Virus record (IMG/VR): IMGVR_UViG_3300044796_000394 | From: a virus | Lineage: Duplodnaviria; Heunggongvirae; Uroviricota; Caudoviricetes | DNA length: 64,000 nucleotides | Strand: one strand, 5' to 3' | In this document: positions 10,294 through 19,953 of the stretch, piece by piece | Numbering within the stretch: position 1 is the first letter of the stretch | Layout of the letters: the number at the start of each line of letters is the position of its first letter | Translations under genes and position numbers: made by a program | The notes under the pieces: model-generated | What the model saw: the letters and a program-made list of their open reading frames with translations, nothing else | Databases searched by the model: none | Told to the model about the DNA's origin: nothing

Positions 10294-10766
10294 TGAAGAA
10301 GTTTATCTTATCATTAATTTGCTGTTTGAGTCTTGCTACCTATGCGGTTTCAGTTGATACGAAACCGCATATGGAACACAGTACGTCTTTCGTAGCATTT
10401 CCACAAGATTGTAACGCCAATCCGCCAATGGTTTTCGGAGGGAAACTATTATCCGAAATGGATAGATGTGCAGGCATTACGACAAGAAGGTTTCTTTTTG
10501 CTTCACCCGTTGGTGCCAAAGATGCTGTAACGATTGCAATCAATAATGTCAAGTTTCACAAAAGTGCCGAAGTCAAGGATTTATTAATCGTAACGGGAAA
10601 AGTAATCAAGGTTGGTGAAAAGTCCATAACAATCAAAGTAACGATAGAAAAAGAAATGGCTGACGGACTAGAACTGGTGATTGAAGGGGAATTTGTGTTT
10701 TGTGCTTACGACCTAACACAAAAGAAAGCCATACCTCATGGAATAATACTCGAAGAAGGTAAATAA
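10293..10766 (+). CDS. Hot-dog-fold acyl-CoA thioesterase with signal-peptide-like N-terminus
   Basis: PQDCN...VFGGKLLSEMD...AVT...VKFH...VGEKSI...FVFCA; MKKFILSLICCLSLATYA leader. Confidence 0.85.
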   Translation: MKKFILSLICCLSLATYAVSVDTKPHMEHSTSFVAFPQDCNANPPMVFGGKLLSEMDRCAGITTRRFLFASPVGAKDAVTIAINNVKFHKSAEVKDLLIVTGKVIKVGEKSITIKVTIEKEMADGLELVIEGEFVFCAYDLTQKKAIPHGIILEEGK

Positions 10767-10769
10767 GAC

Positions 10770-11285
10770 ATGAGAAGATTTTCAGGCTTTATGGAACGCA
10801 AAGATCGGGAAAACAAGAACAACCTCAGAGTACTGAGTAAAGTTCTTGAACGTGCCGGTTTTACTGTTCATGACCACCTCGATCACCATCAAGATCCATA
10901 CATTTACATTGAAAAACCCATTGGCTTTGATCCCTTGATTGAAAGTTTGACTTTCGGCGGCATCAGAGTTTACACACGTGGTACTGATATTGTCAGTTTT
11001 CGTCCGCAGAACAAAGAAGCCGCTGAGCCTTTTGGATTAGCGTATCTGTTGGACGTAACTGGCATGTATAAAGATTTGATCCGTGAACAAAATACGGATA
11101 AAATCGGCCTCGATCTTATTCGCTATTTAGTTGAAGAAGTTTCTAACTTTTTCGTTATTTCCGCCAAGAAGCAATCTGATGATGAAGGTGATAAAGTTAT
11201 TGACTCAATGGGTACGGTTATTAATGGCAGTACGGGCGGTGCAGGAAGTAAGGATTACGGCAATTCAATAAGTAACCGTGGATAA
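10770..11285 (+). CDS. Hypothetical protein
   Basis: 171-aa ORF, N-terminus MRRFSGFMER. Confidence 0.6.
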   Translation: MRRFSGFMERKDRENKNNLRVLSKVLERAGFTVHDHLDHHQDPYIYIEKPIGFDPLIESLTFGGIRVYTRGTDIVSFRPQNKEAAEPFGLAYLLDVTGMYKDLIREQNTDKIGLDLIRYLVEEVSNFFVISAKKQSDDEGDKVIDSMGTVINGSTGGAGSKDYGNSISNRG

Positions 11286-11294
11286 TGGAGTTAA

Positions 11295-11990
11295 ATGCCA
11301 CCATCACAACCGCCGCAAGGCCCAATTGGAACTTCGCCCGGTCTTACTGCTCAAGACCTGCTCAATAATCAACAAAATGCTCGACAGGCCAATCAACAAT
11401 CTGGCGAGCAACAACAGCAAAAGCTCCAAAATAACGCCGACAAATTCAAAAAGTCGATATTCAAAAAAATACAAAACAAAACGATCCAACCCGGAGCGTT
11501 AATTGTATTTCGATACAATTTTTATAAACACGATCCTTCCCCCCTATGTTTAGTAGGACGGATGGGAATGAACGGAATGTTATCTGGTCTCAATCTACAT
11601 TATTTGACATTTAGGTATGTTAAACAGCTAGTACAGATGTATTGCGGCAAAAACTTTAATTACCAGTTAATCAAAGGCAACAAATACATAGTTAACGCTT
11701 ATCGTAGCTATAAGAGGGAAGGCAGAAAAGACGTTCAGGTTCTTGATTGTGATTTTCTACTAGGAGTATTAGGAACAGTTAGGTCGTTCAAACCGAGCGA
11801 ACTGGAAGCTATAAGGCAATCGGTGCAAAAGCAATTACAGGAAAAGATGCACCCAACTGCCGAAGATGTATCAAAACAATACCAAAATTACGTACGACCG
11901 CAAGATCATACGGCATTTGGAACGAATAAAGAAATGCCGGATGCTCGCATGAACCCTAATAACATGCAGCAACCAGAATTACCTCAGTAA
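11295..11990 (+). CDS. T4 gp2-like DNA end protector protein
   Basis: IQPGALIVFRY...DPSPL...GLNLHYL...YRSY motifs. Confidence 0.65.
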   Translation: MPPSQPPQGPIGTSPGLTAQDLLNNQQNARQANQQSGEQQQQKLQNNADKFKKSIFKKIQNKTIQPGALIVFRYNFYKHDPSPLCLVGRMGMNGMLSGLNLHYLTFRYVKQLVQMYCGKNFNYQLIKGNKYIVNAYRSYKREGRKDVQVLDCDFLLGVLGTVRSFKPSELEAIRQSVQKQLQEKMHPTAEDVSKQYQNYVRPQDHTAFGTNKEMPDARMNPNNMQQPELPQ

Positions 11991-11993
11991 AGT

Positions 11994-14900
11994 ATGGCGA
12001 ATTTTTCTATATCTGATGAAAACGGTCGGTCGAGCAATTTTGATGTGCCGGATGGAATGTCACCGGCTGACCTTGCCAAAGCATTAGCCGACTCACTCAA
12101 AGGGCCGGTAGGCAAAGCCACACCATACAACAAAGGCAAATCCCCAGAGCAACAAAGGGCAATTGAACAACTCAAGCAAATTGAAAAGTTTAACGATGGA
12201 TTGAGTGAAGCTAATGAATCCCTAAAAAATATCCTATCTGTTCTGGCAACTAAGGGCAGTGGCGGAAGTAGAGGTTCAACGGTTCGTGGATTCAGTAACG
12301 GTCGTGGTTATGGTGGTGGCAGTTCTGGAGAAGTTGGCATTGGCGAAGCAGGTTCTGCAAGAGTTGAACGCACCATGACCAATATCTCCCATTCGGCGCA
12401 TGACATCACAAATGAAATGCGATTGATGAAGGGTCATGCTGGTACTTACGGTACCAAACTCAAATTGCTCAAAGGCGACTTCGCAAAAATATTAGGCGAT
12501 CTTGAAACGAAAATTCACTTTGACAAAGAAGATGCTGCACTTATGGAACGTGGTTTAGCCAACTTCCATAAAATGAATGCCGAACAAAGAGACTTCCTCC
12601 AAAAGCGTGCTCACGATCTACAAAAGATTCGTGTTGAATTGGATGCGATGGCCGATGGACAATCCAAAGATTACGCAGCAGCCAAGTACGAAGACCGATT
12701 ACGGGACTTTGTAAGAAACATGTCTTACGCTGCCAATGCTTCCATGACGACAATGATGGACAGACTCCGCAGCTTTGGTTCGGCAATGAGCAGTGTCGCC
12801 AAAACATTAACTGTCAAAGACCTAGTACAAGTAGATTTTCACCTAGACCCCGGACAAATGGCCGATGAGTCCGTTAAGTGGTTGCGTGACATCAATCAAG
12901 CCATGTTTGACGCTACCGGCAATGCGGAAGACATGCGAAAGTCCCAAAAGGGCTTCTACACCGACATTTATAAGTTGGGCTTAGATATTGAAAACATCTA
13001 CGCTGAAACTGGACAAACCGCAGCGGGATGGCGTAAAGAGCTAATGATTATGACCCGCCAAGGTATGCGGGGCGGAAAACAATTAGAGAACACAGTTAAA
13101 GCCGGTTTGTCATTGGCACATCTGATCGGTACTGATGCTACAGCTACCACGCAGGAAATTGGCGGATGGGTACAAGGCTTCGATCTATCCAATGCCGCTG
13201 CGATGAACCTGACTGCTAATATTCGTCAAGTTGGACGAATGACAGGCATTACAGGTGAAAGTCTCTTACAGGCAACTCAGAATGCTAGAGCCTTAGCTAA
13301 GCAAATGTTCAACTTCGGCATGTATAGCGAAGCAGGAACAAAGTCGTTGATCGGCCTGTCGGCGCAAGCCAAGAGGATGGGTACTGAAAATAAGTCTAAT
13401 GAAATCATGATGGGGTTGATGGGACAACAAAACCTTTACGAAAGAACCTCACCGGGCATGAGAGCATTCATGGTACGTGCTGCTTCGCAAGGCGGCGTCA
13501 TGAATCAACTTCAGAATGGCGAAGTACTTAACGATGCTGGTTCCAAGAGAAGCTTTGCTGGCGGCATGAGAGGATCACTGAATAACTTCTTGGGTATGAT
13601 GGGTGTATCAAACGTTTCACAACTCAAGGGACAAAACCTCATCAGCGCCAACAATTTCGCCAAGGGTAATGGATTTGATGGTATTATTGAACTCGAACGC
13701 ACAATTAAGAGCTTTGAGAATTCAGCACTTTCAATCGAAGATAAGATTGCCAGCATCACAAAGGATATAGCCACCAACGTTTACAGTACGAAAGAACTTG
13801 AAGACCTCAATAAAGAGGTTGAATTGTTACGTGCTGGTAAGACCAAAGAAGAATTTACGGATGCGATCACCAAGCTAATTGACGAGTCAAGATCAGGTGT
13901 TAATGTTGAAGATAAGCTAAGAAATGCTGTTGATATGCTCAACAGAAACACTAAAAAGAAGATTACAGAAAAGCAAATCGGTGAAGCGTTAGCTAAAGGG
14001 CCAACTGGCTTTAAGGATTTATTAGAAGATGTCAGTAAGGCTTTACAAGATTCTGATCTTGAGGATAAGCAAAAGGGATTAGATCCAGCGACAGCCGCAA
14101 CTAGAACTTTGGCCGACCAGATGTTGGCAATGCAAAAACAAGTAGAAGCACTAAGACTCGTAACGTTAACACAAACCGAGTTGGTAGTTCGTGCCAATAC
14201 TGAAGCAATTGTTGACTTGATGAACAAACTAATGGGCTTCAAGGATGAAATGGTTGCCTTGAAACATGCCGTTGTTGCATTGAGCGGCGTTAATGCTGCT
14301 AAGATGTTGGCTCCGGGTGGAATGGGTGGTGGAGCAGGCGCATTGGGTGTGGGTCTAATCGGTGCCGGATTAGTAGCAACAGTTGATCAACGAGTCAAAG
14401 CCGATAAAGCCGACACGGCGCAATACGAAAAGCAAGTACTTGACCATTTTGGCAATCAAAATGGTGTGGCTCAAGCGGCCTTAGACGAACAACTGAAAAA
14501 GACACAAAATGCTTTTGAACAAAAAATCATTCTGAAGCAGAAGGAATTGACCGATAGAACGAATCAAGTATTGGCAGATTCCGCAAGTTGGGACAAACGG
14601 TCAAATGACAAAGATGTCCAAATTCAGCGTGGATTAGGAGGTTGGTTCAAGAATCAACTTGGTTATGAAGGTCGTAAAGAACAAAAGGCCCAAGATGCCG
14701 AAATGGCGAAGAAGTTAACCGACGAAGCATTGTCGATTAAGGGTGAACAAGAAGGATTGAATGCCCTTAGAGGGAAACAAAACGATGTTGCTAATGCACG
14801 TGAAGCTTTCCGTCTCAAGATGGGAAGCAAGGCCGGTGATGAAGCATGGAATAAGTACTTCACCGAAGCTGCAAGCAAGAAGATGGGCCAAAACTTCGCA

Positions 14901-15527
14901 AACTACCATTATGCTGTAATGGGCGTGTCGCCGGAAGCTGGTAAAGCCATCTTTAATGAATCTAATGGAATGGGACCGGCAGGTGGTGTTGAATCGTTGG
15001 ATGATTTGGGAATTAAGACCAAATCATTCAATGATGCTATGCTAAACATGAACGATCTAGCCGCTGCTGGATTGAAGCCGGGATCAATTTATGTTCACGA
15101 TACTCACTTGGAAGACCTATTAAAGAATGTTCCGGGTTACATGCAAACGCTAACTACTGCGCCTATGGAAATGGCACTAGCTAGGCCGGAAGAGGTTGCG
15201 GTTGCGGTTGCCGAACAATTGAACCAATCGGTACTTCACAGACGGATTGAAACGGAATTCGCAGGTATTGATGTCGATGCTACGATGCATTTAGCCAATG
15301 ATTTGTTGGCTCAAATTGCCTATAGCAATAAAGAACAAGTGGATTTGATGAGACAACAAATTGGTGCCTTGATGGCAGTTGTCAGATCATTGGGTGGTGC
15401 TGCTGGCCCGGCTGGTAGTACCACAAATCCCGTTGTACCTTTGTCAACGCCTTCATATTACCAATGGAATATGAGACAGATGAATATGGCGAATTTCGGT
15501 GGCGTTGAAAACTATGTTCGAGGATAA
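11994..15527 (+). CDS. Tape measure protein
   Basis: 1177-aa A/G/M/Q-rich helical protein with hydrophobic Gly-rich segment; C-terminal GSIYVHD motif; structural region. Confidence 0.7.
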   Translation: MANFSISDENGRSSNFDVPDGMSPADLAKALADSLKGPVGKATPYNKGKSPEQQRAIEQLKQIEKFNDGLSEANESLKNILSVLATKGSGGSRGSTVRGFSNGRGYGGGSSGEVGIGEAGSARVERTMTNISHSAHDITNEMRLMKGHAGTYGTKLKLLKGDFAKILGDLETKIHFDKEDAALMERGLANFHKMNAEQRDFLQKRAHDLQKIRVELDAMADGQSKDYAAAKYEDRLRDFVRNMSYAANASMTTMMDRLRSFGSAMSSVAKTLTVKDLVQVDFHLDPGQMADESVKWLRDINQAMFDATGNAEDMRKSQKGFYTDIYKLGLDIENIYAETGQTAAGWRKELMIMTRQGMRGGKQLENTVKAGLSLAHLIGTDATATTQEIGGWVQGFDLSNAAAMNLTANIRQVGRMTGITGESLLQATQNARALAKQMFNFGMYSEAGTKSLIGLSAQAKRMGTENKSNEIMMGLMGQQNLYERTSPGMRAFMVRAASQGGVMNQLQNGEVLNDAGSKRSFAGGMRGSLNNFLGMMGVSNVSQLKGQNLISANNFAKGNGFDGIIELERTIKSFENSALSIEDKIASITKDIATNVYSTKELEDLNKEVELLRAGKTKEEFTDAITKLIDESRSGVNVEDKLRNAVDMLNRNTKKKITEKQIGEALAKGPTGFKDLLEDVSKALQDSDLEDKQKGLDPATAATRTLADQMLAMQKQVEALRLVTLTQTELVVRANTEAIVDLMNKLMGFKDEMVALKHAVVALSGVNAAKMLAPGGMGGGAGALGVGLIGAGLVATVDQRVKADKADTAQYEKQVLDHFGNQNGVAQAALDEQLKKTQNAFEQKIILKQKELTDRTNQVLADSASWDKRSNDKDVQIQRGLGGWFKNQLGYEGRKEQKAQDAEMAKKLTDEALSIKGEQEGLNALRGKQNDVANAREAFRLKMGSKAGDEAWNKYFTEAASKKMGQNFANYHYAVMGVSPEAGKAIFNESNGMGPAGGVESLDDLGIKTKSFNDAMLNMNDLAAAGLKPGSIYVHDTHLEDLLKNVPGYMQTLTTAPMEMALARPEEVAVAVAEQLNQSVLHRRIETEFAGIDVDATMHLANDLLAQIAYSNKEQVDLMRQQIGALMAVVRSLGGAAGPAGSTTNPVVPLSTPSYYQWNMRQMNMANFGGVENYVRG

Positions 15528-15584
15528 AAAAATAAAATGCAAAAGTTGACAATACATAATGATATGACTTCTATTCTTGAATTA

Positions 15585-16850
15585 ATGGGCTGCAATTTTA
15601 CCAACTTTGTTAATTACAAAGAAGGCAAAGATACAGCAGCTATCGAACCCCACGTTATCAAAGCTGATCCACCGATGAAAATTCCGGCTGGATTGAAGAG
15701 ATTGGCTGAAGCCTTCAAAAAGGCCAAGGAAGTTTCTATCGGCAAGGAAATCGATACGAAAGCCGGTGGCGAAAAAGACGTTACGCTTAAAGCCAAACGC
15801 CTCTTTATCGTAGGCGGTGCCGTACGTGATCACATGCTGAACCACACGCCAAAGAACTTTGACTTGGCTACTGATGCCCACCCAGAAGAAGTCACTAAGA
15901 TTTTACAAGCTGCAAAGCCTTCTATTCAAATTGTCAAGCAAGACCCCAAAAAGGGCTGTACGACAGTTAAAGTTGACGGTGAAAGCTACGAAATCCAAAC
16001 TCTCAAAAAGAAGAGCGATAATAAAGAAGAAGGCGATGTTTTCACGGCAGAACCGGGCGAAGATAGCCAAAGTCGTGATTACACAGTTAACGCCCTTTAT
16101 TACGATATTTGTGCCAATCAAATCATTGACCACGTTGGAGGATTGCGTCACCTTCAAGACGGTACTGTAAAAGCCATTGGTGGTGCGGATAAACTCAAAG
16201 CTGATGGGATGACGAAATTCAAAGGCATGAGATTATTGAATACCATGCCAAACGGTAAGTTTGATGATGAAACCAAAGCGGCAATGGATAAACATAGCGG
16301 TGATGATGAAGACCTCAATCCAGAAAAAGTGAGAGAAGAATTCTTGCGAGGATTGGAACACGCCCACAGTGATGTTAAGAAGTACATCCAATCTTATGCA
16401 CAACAAGGATTGCTGGCAAAGGTGTTCCCAAAACTCCAAATTTCTAAGGATGTTCCAGATTCAATTTCCAAGAGTCGCCCCCTCGTTTTGGCTTTCTTGT
16501 TAAAAGACAACAAACCTTCCAAGTTGGTACCAGCATTGAAAGCTTTGAAGTACAGCGATAGAGAAATCAAAGATGCTGTTTACCTTATCAATCTGCTTTG
16601 GTTCGCCCCAGACTTTGTGTACGAATTCAAGAAAGAACTTTTGAATACGAGTCTCACCCGTCGCCAAATTCTGGATTGGGCTAAATTAGTTAAGCTCGAT
16701 AAAGGCATGATTGAAAAATTGGTAGATTATCAACTCAGAATTAACGGTGATAATGTTCCCAAGTCGCCCGGTGAAGACGCTACTGCTTCCCGTGAGAAGA
16801 TTAAGAAGATGGAAGCCGACGAATTCAAAAAAACCTTATCGGAGAAGTAA
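15585..16850 (+). CDS. Class II tRNA nucleotidyltransferase (CCA/poly(A) polymerase head) homolog with degenerate motifs
   Basis: FIVGGAVRD, NFDLAT, SRDYTVNALYYD, IIDHVGGLRHL, PEKVREEF; start may be 15537 or 15585. Confidence 0.85.
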   Translation: MGCNFTNFVNYKEGKDTAAIEPHVIKADPPMKIPAGLKRLAEAFKKAKEVSIGKEIDTKAGGEKDVTLKAKRLFIVGGAVRDHMLNHTPKNFDLATDAHPEEVTKILQAAKPSIQIVKQDPKKGCTTVKVDGESYEIQTLKKKSDNKEEGDVFTAEPGEDSQSRDYTVNALYYDICANQIIDHVGGLRHLQDGTVKAIGGADKLKADGMTKFKGMRLLNTMPNGKFDDETKAAMDKHSGDDEDLNPEKVREEFLRGLEHAHSDVKKYIQSYAQQGLLAKVFPKLQISKDVPDSISKSRPLVLAFLLKDNKPSKLVPALKALKYSDREIKDAVYLINLLWFAPDFVYEFKKELLNTSLTRRQILDWAKLVKLDKGMIEKLVDYQLRINGDNVPKSPGEDATASREKIKKMEADEFKKTLSEK

Positions 16851-17746
16851 TGGATAGTTTTGAAGAATATCGTAAACTTCACGAAGAAGAACAGCCGGGG
16901 ATCGACCAAACCGGCTCAATTGAGCAAGTCCCACAACCTGCCCCACCCGATCACACCTTAGCTAACGTACTGAGTAGTGCTGGCTTGGGTTTAGTGATGG
17001 GTGTTTTAGGTGCCTATGGCCTCAAACAAGTTCAAAAAGCATTATATCGCAGCGGTTATGGTTCAGGCCCACAAGCCTTTGTCAGATACGCCAAAAATCT
17101 CGTTGGCATTAAACCTTATCAACCCCATAAATTTACGCCAGAAGAACAAAAGGCTATTAGTCGTAAGTTCTCTGAAATGATGAGTCAAGAGCGTGCAGCG
17201 ATGCGTGGCAAAGACGAAGCCAAGCCAACGGAAGACAATAATCCCTTATTGGCTGACCGCATCAAGGATTTTATCGGACGCATTTTCAATCCAGCAAAAT
17301 CACCGAGACGAGCTACGGCGGCACTTGCTAGAGCGGTTATCGCATTCAGCAGAAACGCCCAACCAGAACAAACAGATGTCCAAACAGTTCTCGGTGCCTT
17401 GTCTAGCGGAAGTGCTTCGGACGAATTCAAGACTTGGTACAGTGCCAACGCAACCAAAGCTAAAGACATCAATAAGACGATTGGTGCTGGTAAAAACAAA
17501 CGACCACTTCAATACACCAAGTACGATCTTGGCAAGTTGCCAATGAAACAAATTGATTTCGGTTTGATAGTTAAGTTCTTCCGATCAATTTACGGCCATC
17601 AAATGAGCGGCAAGACACCAGAAGACGCCAAGCCCCAAGCAAAAGTTATCGGACTTCAAAGTGATGCTGAAAAGCAAGCTAGGGATCATAGACTTGACGT
17701 AACGGCGAATGCCCTACAAAGCAATCGTGGCGAACCTGCTGTATAA
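16850..17746 (+). CDS. Hypothetical protein, one hydrophobic segment (possible internal virion protein)
   Basis: N-terminus MDSFEEYRKLHEE; TAATG-coupled to upstream gene. Confidence 0.6.
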   Translation: MDSFEEYRKLHEEEQPGIDQTGSIEQVPQPAPPDHTLANVLSSAGLGLVMGVLGAYGLKQVQKALYRSGYGSGPQAFVRYAKNLVGIKPYQPHKFTPEEQKAISRKFSEMMSQERAAMRGKDEAKPTEDNNPLLADRIKDFIGRIFNPAKSPRRATAALARAVIAFSRNAQPEQTDVQTVLGALSSGSASDEFKTWYSANATKAKDINKTIGAGKNKRPLQYTKYDLGKLPMKQIDFGLIVKFFRSIYGHQMSGKTPEDAKPQAKVIGLQSDAEKQARDHRLDVTANALQSNRGEPAV

Positions 17747-17747
17747 C

Positions 17748-17776
17748 AAAAAAGCCCCGCATTGCGGGGCTTTTTT
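17748..17776. terminator. Bidirectional intrinsic terminator
   Basis: AAAAAAGCCCCGCA-t-TGCGGGGCTTTTTT between convergent genes. Confidence 0.9.
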
Positions 17777-17952
17777 CATTTATTGATTTTTTCACTCACT
17801 GTGGAATCGCCTTCTTGAGCTATCCAAAGTAATTCACCAGTGTTGGAATTCCAGAAGGCAATACCATAACGGTTCTCACACACTTCATTCCAACCTATAT
17901 TTGCTCTGATTTTGTATGCTTCTTCATTCGTAATGGGGCGAGACTTGTACAT
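17776..17952 (-). CDS. Small hypothetical protein (58 aa)
   Basis: Manual ORF MYKSRPITNEEAYKIRANIGWNEVCENRYG..., with AAGGA SD and its own promoter. Confidence 0.55.
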   Translation of the reverse strand: MYKSRPITNEEAYKIRANIGWNEVCENRYGIAFWNSNTGELLWIAQEGDSTVSEKINK

Positions 17953-17978
17953 GATGAATCATCCTTTTGGAAAAGAAC

Positions 17979-18008
17979 ACTATATCACAAATTAATGCCA
18001 ATTGTCAA
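17979..18008 (-). promoter_or_regulatory. Sigma70-type promoter
   Basis: TTGACA-18 nt-TATAGT with TGn extended -10. Confidence 0.6.
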
Positions 18009-18475
18009 GTCTTTTTATCAATCACCCACGCTAAAGGATAATTGCCATGAACCTGTAAATATTCTTTTTCGAAAACCTTTTTCTCAAACCATTGTTTGGC
18101 AACCATACCCGATCCTAAGTCATCGTGGGCATTCACAACTTGGAACGAAAAAAGACTTTGCTTAACTACTAACATCAAGTGAATTTGTGGTTTCCCATCG
18201 TAATACCACTTGGAAGAAATTGCGACTATCGATCCCTTTTCCAAAGCTTTCTCAATGTCGGCAAGCTCCATTTGGCCGAACATATCAAATTTGGCATCAA
18301 GGGTTTTCAACGTCCGAACAAACTCTTTAGGCGAAATGCCGTCTTTATCGCATTTCATTTGCTCGACAAATAATTTATATTGCTTTTCATACGTCCAAGG
18401 TAATCCCAACCATTTCCCAATATTAATAATTGCTATGGGGGCGCAAGAAAAAGAATTGCGTTGTTTAACGTACAT
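18005..18475 (-). CDS. C39-like papain-fold cysteine peptidase
   Basis: KQRNSFSCAPIAI...HLML...VVN (Q-C-H-N arrangement). Confidence 0.6.
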   Translation of the reverse strand: MYVKQRNSFSCAPIAIINIGKWLGLPWTYEKQYKLFVEQMKCDKDGISPKEFVRTLKTLDAKFDMFGQMELADIEKALEKGSIVAISSKWYYDGKPQIHLMLVVKQSLFSFQVVNAHDDLGSGMVAKQWFEKKVFEKEYLQVHGNYPLAWVIDKKT

Positions 18476-18490
18476 CTTAAATCTTCCATG

Positions 18491-18850
18491 TTACTTTGGA
18501 AACTTCTTTTCTGAATATTTGCGAACCACTTCAATCATTTGGTCATTTTGTTTTCGAGTTGACAAATTCTTCCATTCATCGCCTATTAACTTTATATGAG
18601 CAGCAACAGCACTATGTATACCGTCCATCACCCCTCCAATAGCTTTCCCCGATTCCACAGTTGTAATTAATTCTGCTTCGCCGCCATCATTGGAACAAAC
18701 TTGTTTTAAGGCTTGTTCTTCAGTCATACCACGCTCTTTGAGCTGTAAGTATCTTGGGAATGAAGTAGACCACAACTCACCACGAAAATGTCCACGACTT
18801 TCCGTAAAAGGTTTAGTAGTTTTGGTCTGAAGAATGATGTAATAAGGCAT
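18491..18850 (-). CDS. Hypothetical protein
   Basis: 119-aa ORF in co-oriented run. Confidence 0.55.
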   Translation of the reverse strand: MPYYIILQTKTTKPFTESRGHFRGELWSTSFPRYLQLKERGMTEEQALKQVCSNDGGEAELITTVESGKAIGGVMDGIHSAVAAHIKLIGDEWKNLSTRKQNDQMIEVVRKYSEKKFPK

Positions 18851-18852
18851 GA

Positions 18853-19194
18853 TTAATGAGTCCTCCTGAAACCCATCATTTTGTCAAGTAATTCAGTCAG
18901 ATTGGCACCCGTCATGAAAGTTGCTTTGCCAATCTTCCAATAAGTCCACAACTTTCTACCCTTATAAAATCTCATGTTTTCATTGAAGGTTAATCTTAAA
19001 CGCATTATTTTGGTTTCATGTTTGGTCAATGTACCATAACAAATCATGGCACCTTCCAAATTGCCACCGGCACCCATTTCACACGATTTACTACATTGGT
19101 GAATGGGCATTCCAGCAAGAGTTTCATAATGATGAGGCACCATGAACAAATCTATAGGATGCCCATTACAACAAGTTTCTGGCCATGTATCCAT
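18853..19194 (-). CDS. Hypothetical protein
   Basis: 113-aa ORF with AAGGA SD. Confidence 0.55.
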   Translation of the reverse strand: MDTWPETCCNGHPIDLFMVPHHYETLAGMPIHQCSKSCEMGAGGNLEGAMICYGTLTKHETKIMRLRLTFNENMRFYKGRKLWTYWKIGKATFMTGANLTELLDKMMGFRRTH

Positions 19195-19206
19195 TGAAAG
19201 TATCCT

Positions 19207-19767
19207 TTAAGTCTGGGCACAAAACAATAACTTGCCGTCTTTAATAACGGTTACGGATGCATTGCCAATGATCTTATCCGTCTTTGTTGACATCTTTGCC
19301 ACAAGATCCAGAATGGGCGATAGGTGAGTAACAACGATTGAATATTTGGGCAATTCTTTGATGAAGCTACCCATGTCTTCGTAGTACTGCTTCATCGTTC
19401 TCGCATCTTGCGAAACGCCACTCTTGGGGAATGATCGCCAATCGTAATCGGGAAACTCTTTGTGCCTTGAAATCACATCCGTTAACTTCAATCTCTTGTA
19501 CGCCGCATCAGGCGTTTCCGCAATCCGATGATCTACCGTGAAGTTAATGCCGATCTTATGAAGGGGCATAGCAGTGTGCAGTGTACGCAAGAATGGACTG
19601 ACAAACCCCCGAAAGGGTAAATCTTGCCATTGGTCACCCAAAAGGGATTTTAAACTTAACGTAATGCCTGCAAGCTGCTCTTGTCCTTTTTTGGAAATAT
19701 CACAATCGTGAAAATCCGTCTCATGTGCATTTAACAAAGAATGAACATGTCTAATAAGAACCAGCAT
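19207..19767 (-). CDS. Histidine phosphatase superfamily protein
   Basis: LIRHVHS, SPFLRTLHTA, RIAE, IVVTH motifs; SD AAGGAGG before ATG 19767. Confidence 0.8.
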   Translation of the reverse strand: MLVLIRHVHSLLNAHETDFHDCDISKKGQEQLAGITLSLKSLLGDQWQDLPFRGFVSPFLRTLHTAMPLHKIGINFTVDHRIAETPDAAYKRLKLTDVISRHKEFPDYDWRSFPKSGVSQDARTMKQYYEDMGSFIKELPKYSIVVTHLSPILDLVAKMSTKTDKIIGNASVTVIKDGKLLFCAQT

Positions 19768-19951
19768 CACTTTCCTCCTTGAGGATTTCACAGGTAATTT
19801 TGGATTTTGACCGTCGCAACGTTGGGGGAAGTATATCACGAAAAACAAAATCTAGTTCTTCGGTAGTAAGCTGTCTGCTACCATCTATTCCCCTAGCCGT
19901 TGCACGGTCAGGTCTTCCGTTTGTCATCGCAAATTGAATTTTGATTGACAT
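19751..19951 (-). CDS. Small hypothetical protein
   Basis: 66-aa ORF bridging aspS and the phosphatase. Confidence 0.45.
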   Translation of the reverse strand: MSIKIQFAMTNGRPDRATARGIDGSRQLTTEELDFVFRDILPPTLRRSKSKITCEILKEESDAGSY

Positions 19952-19953
19952 AA

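Noticed and set aside
15546-15577. Sigma70 promoter before the CCA-like gene (TTGACA at 15546)
   Set aside because: No acceptable -10 element at 16-18 nt spacing
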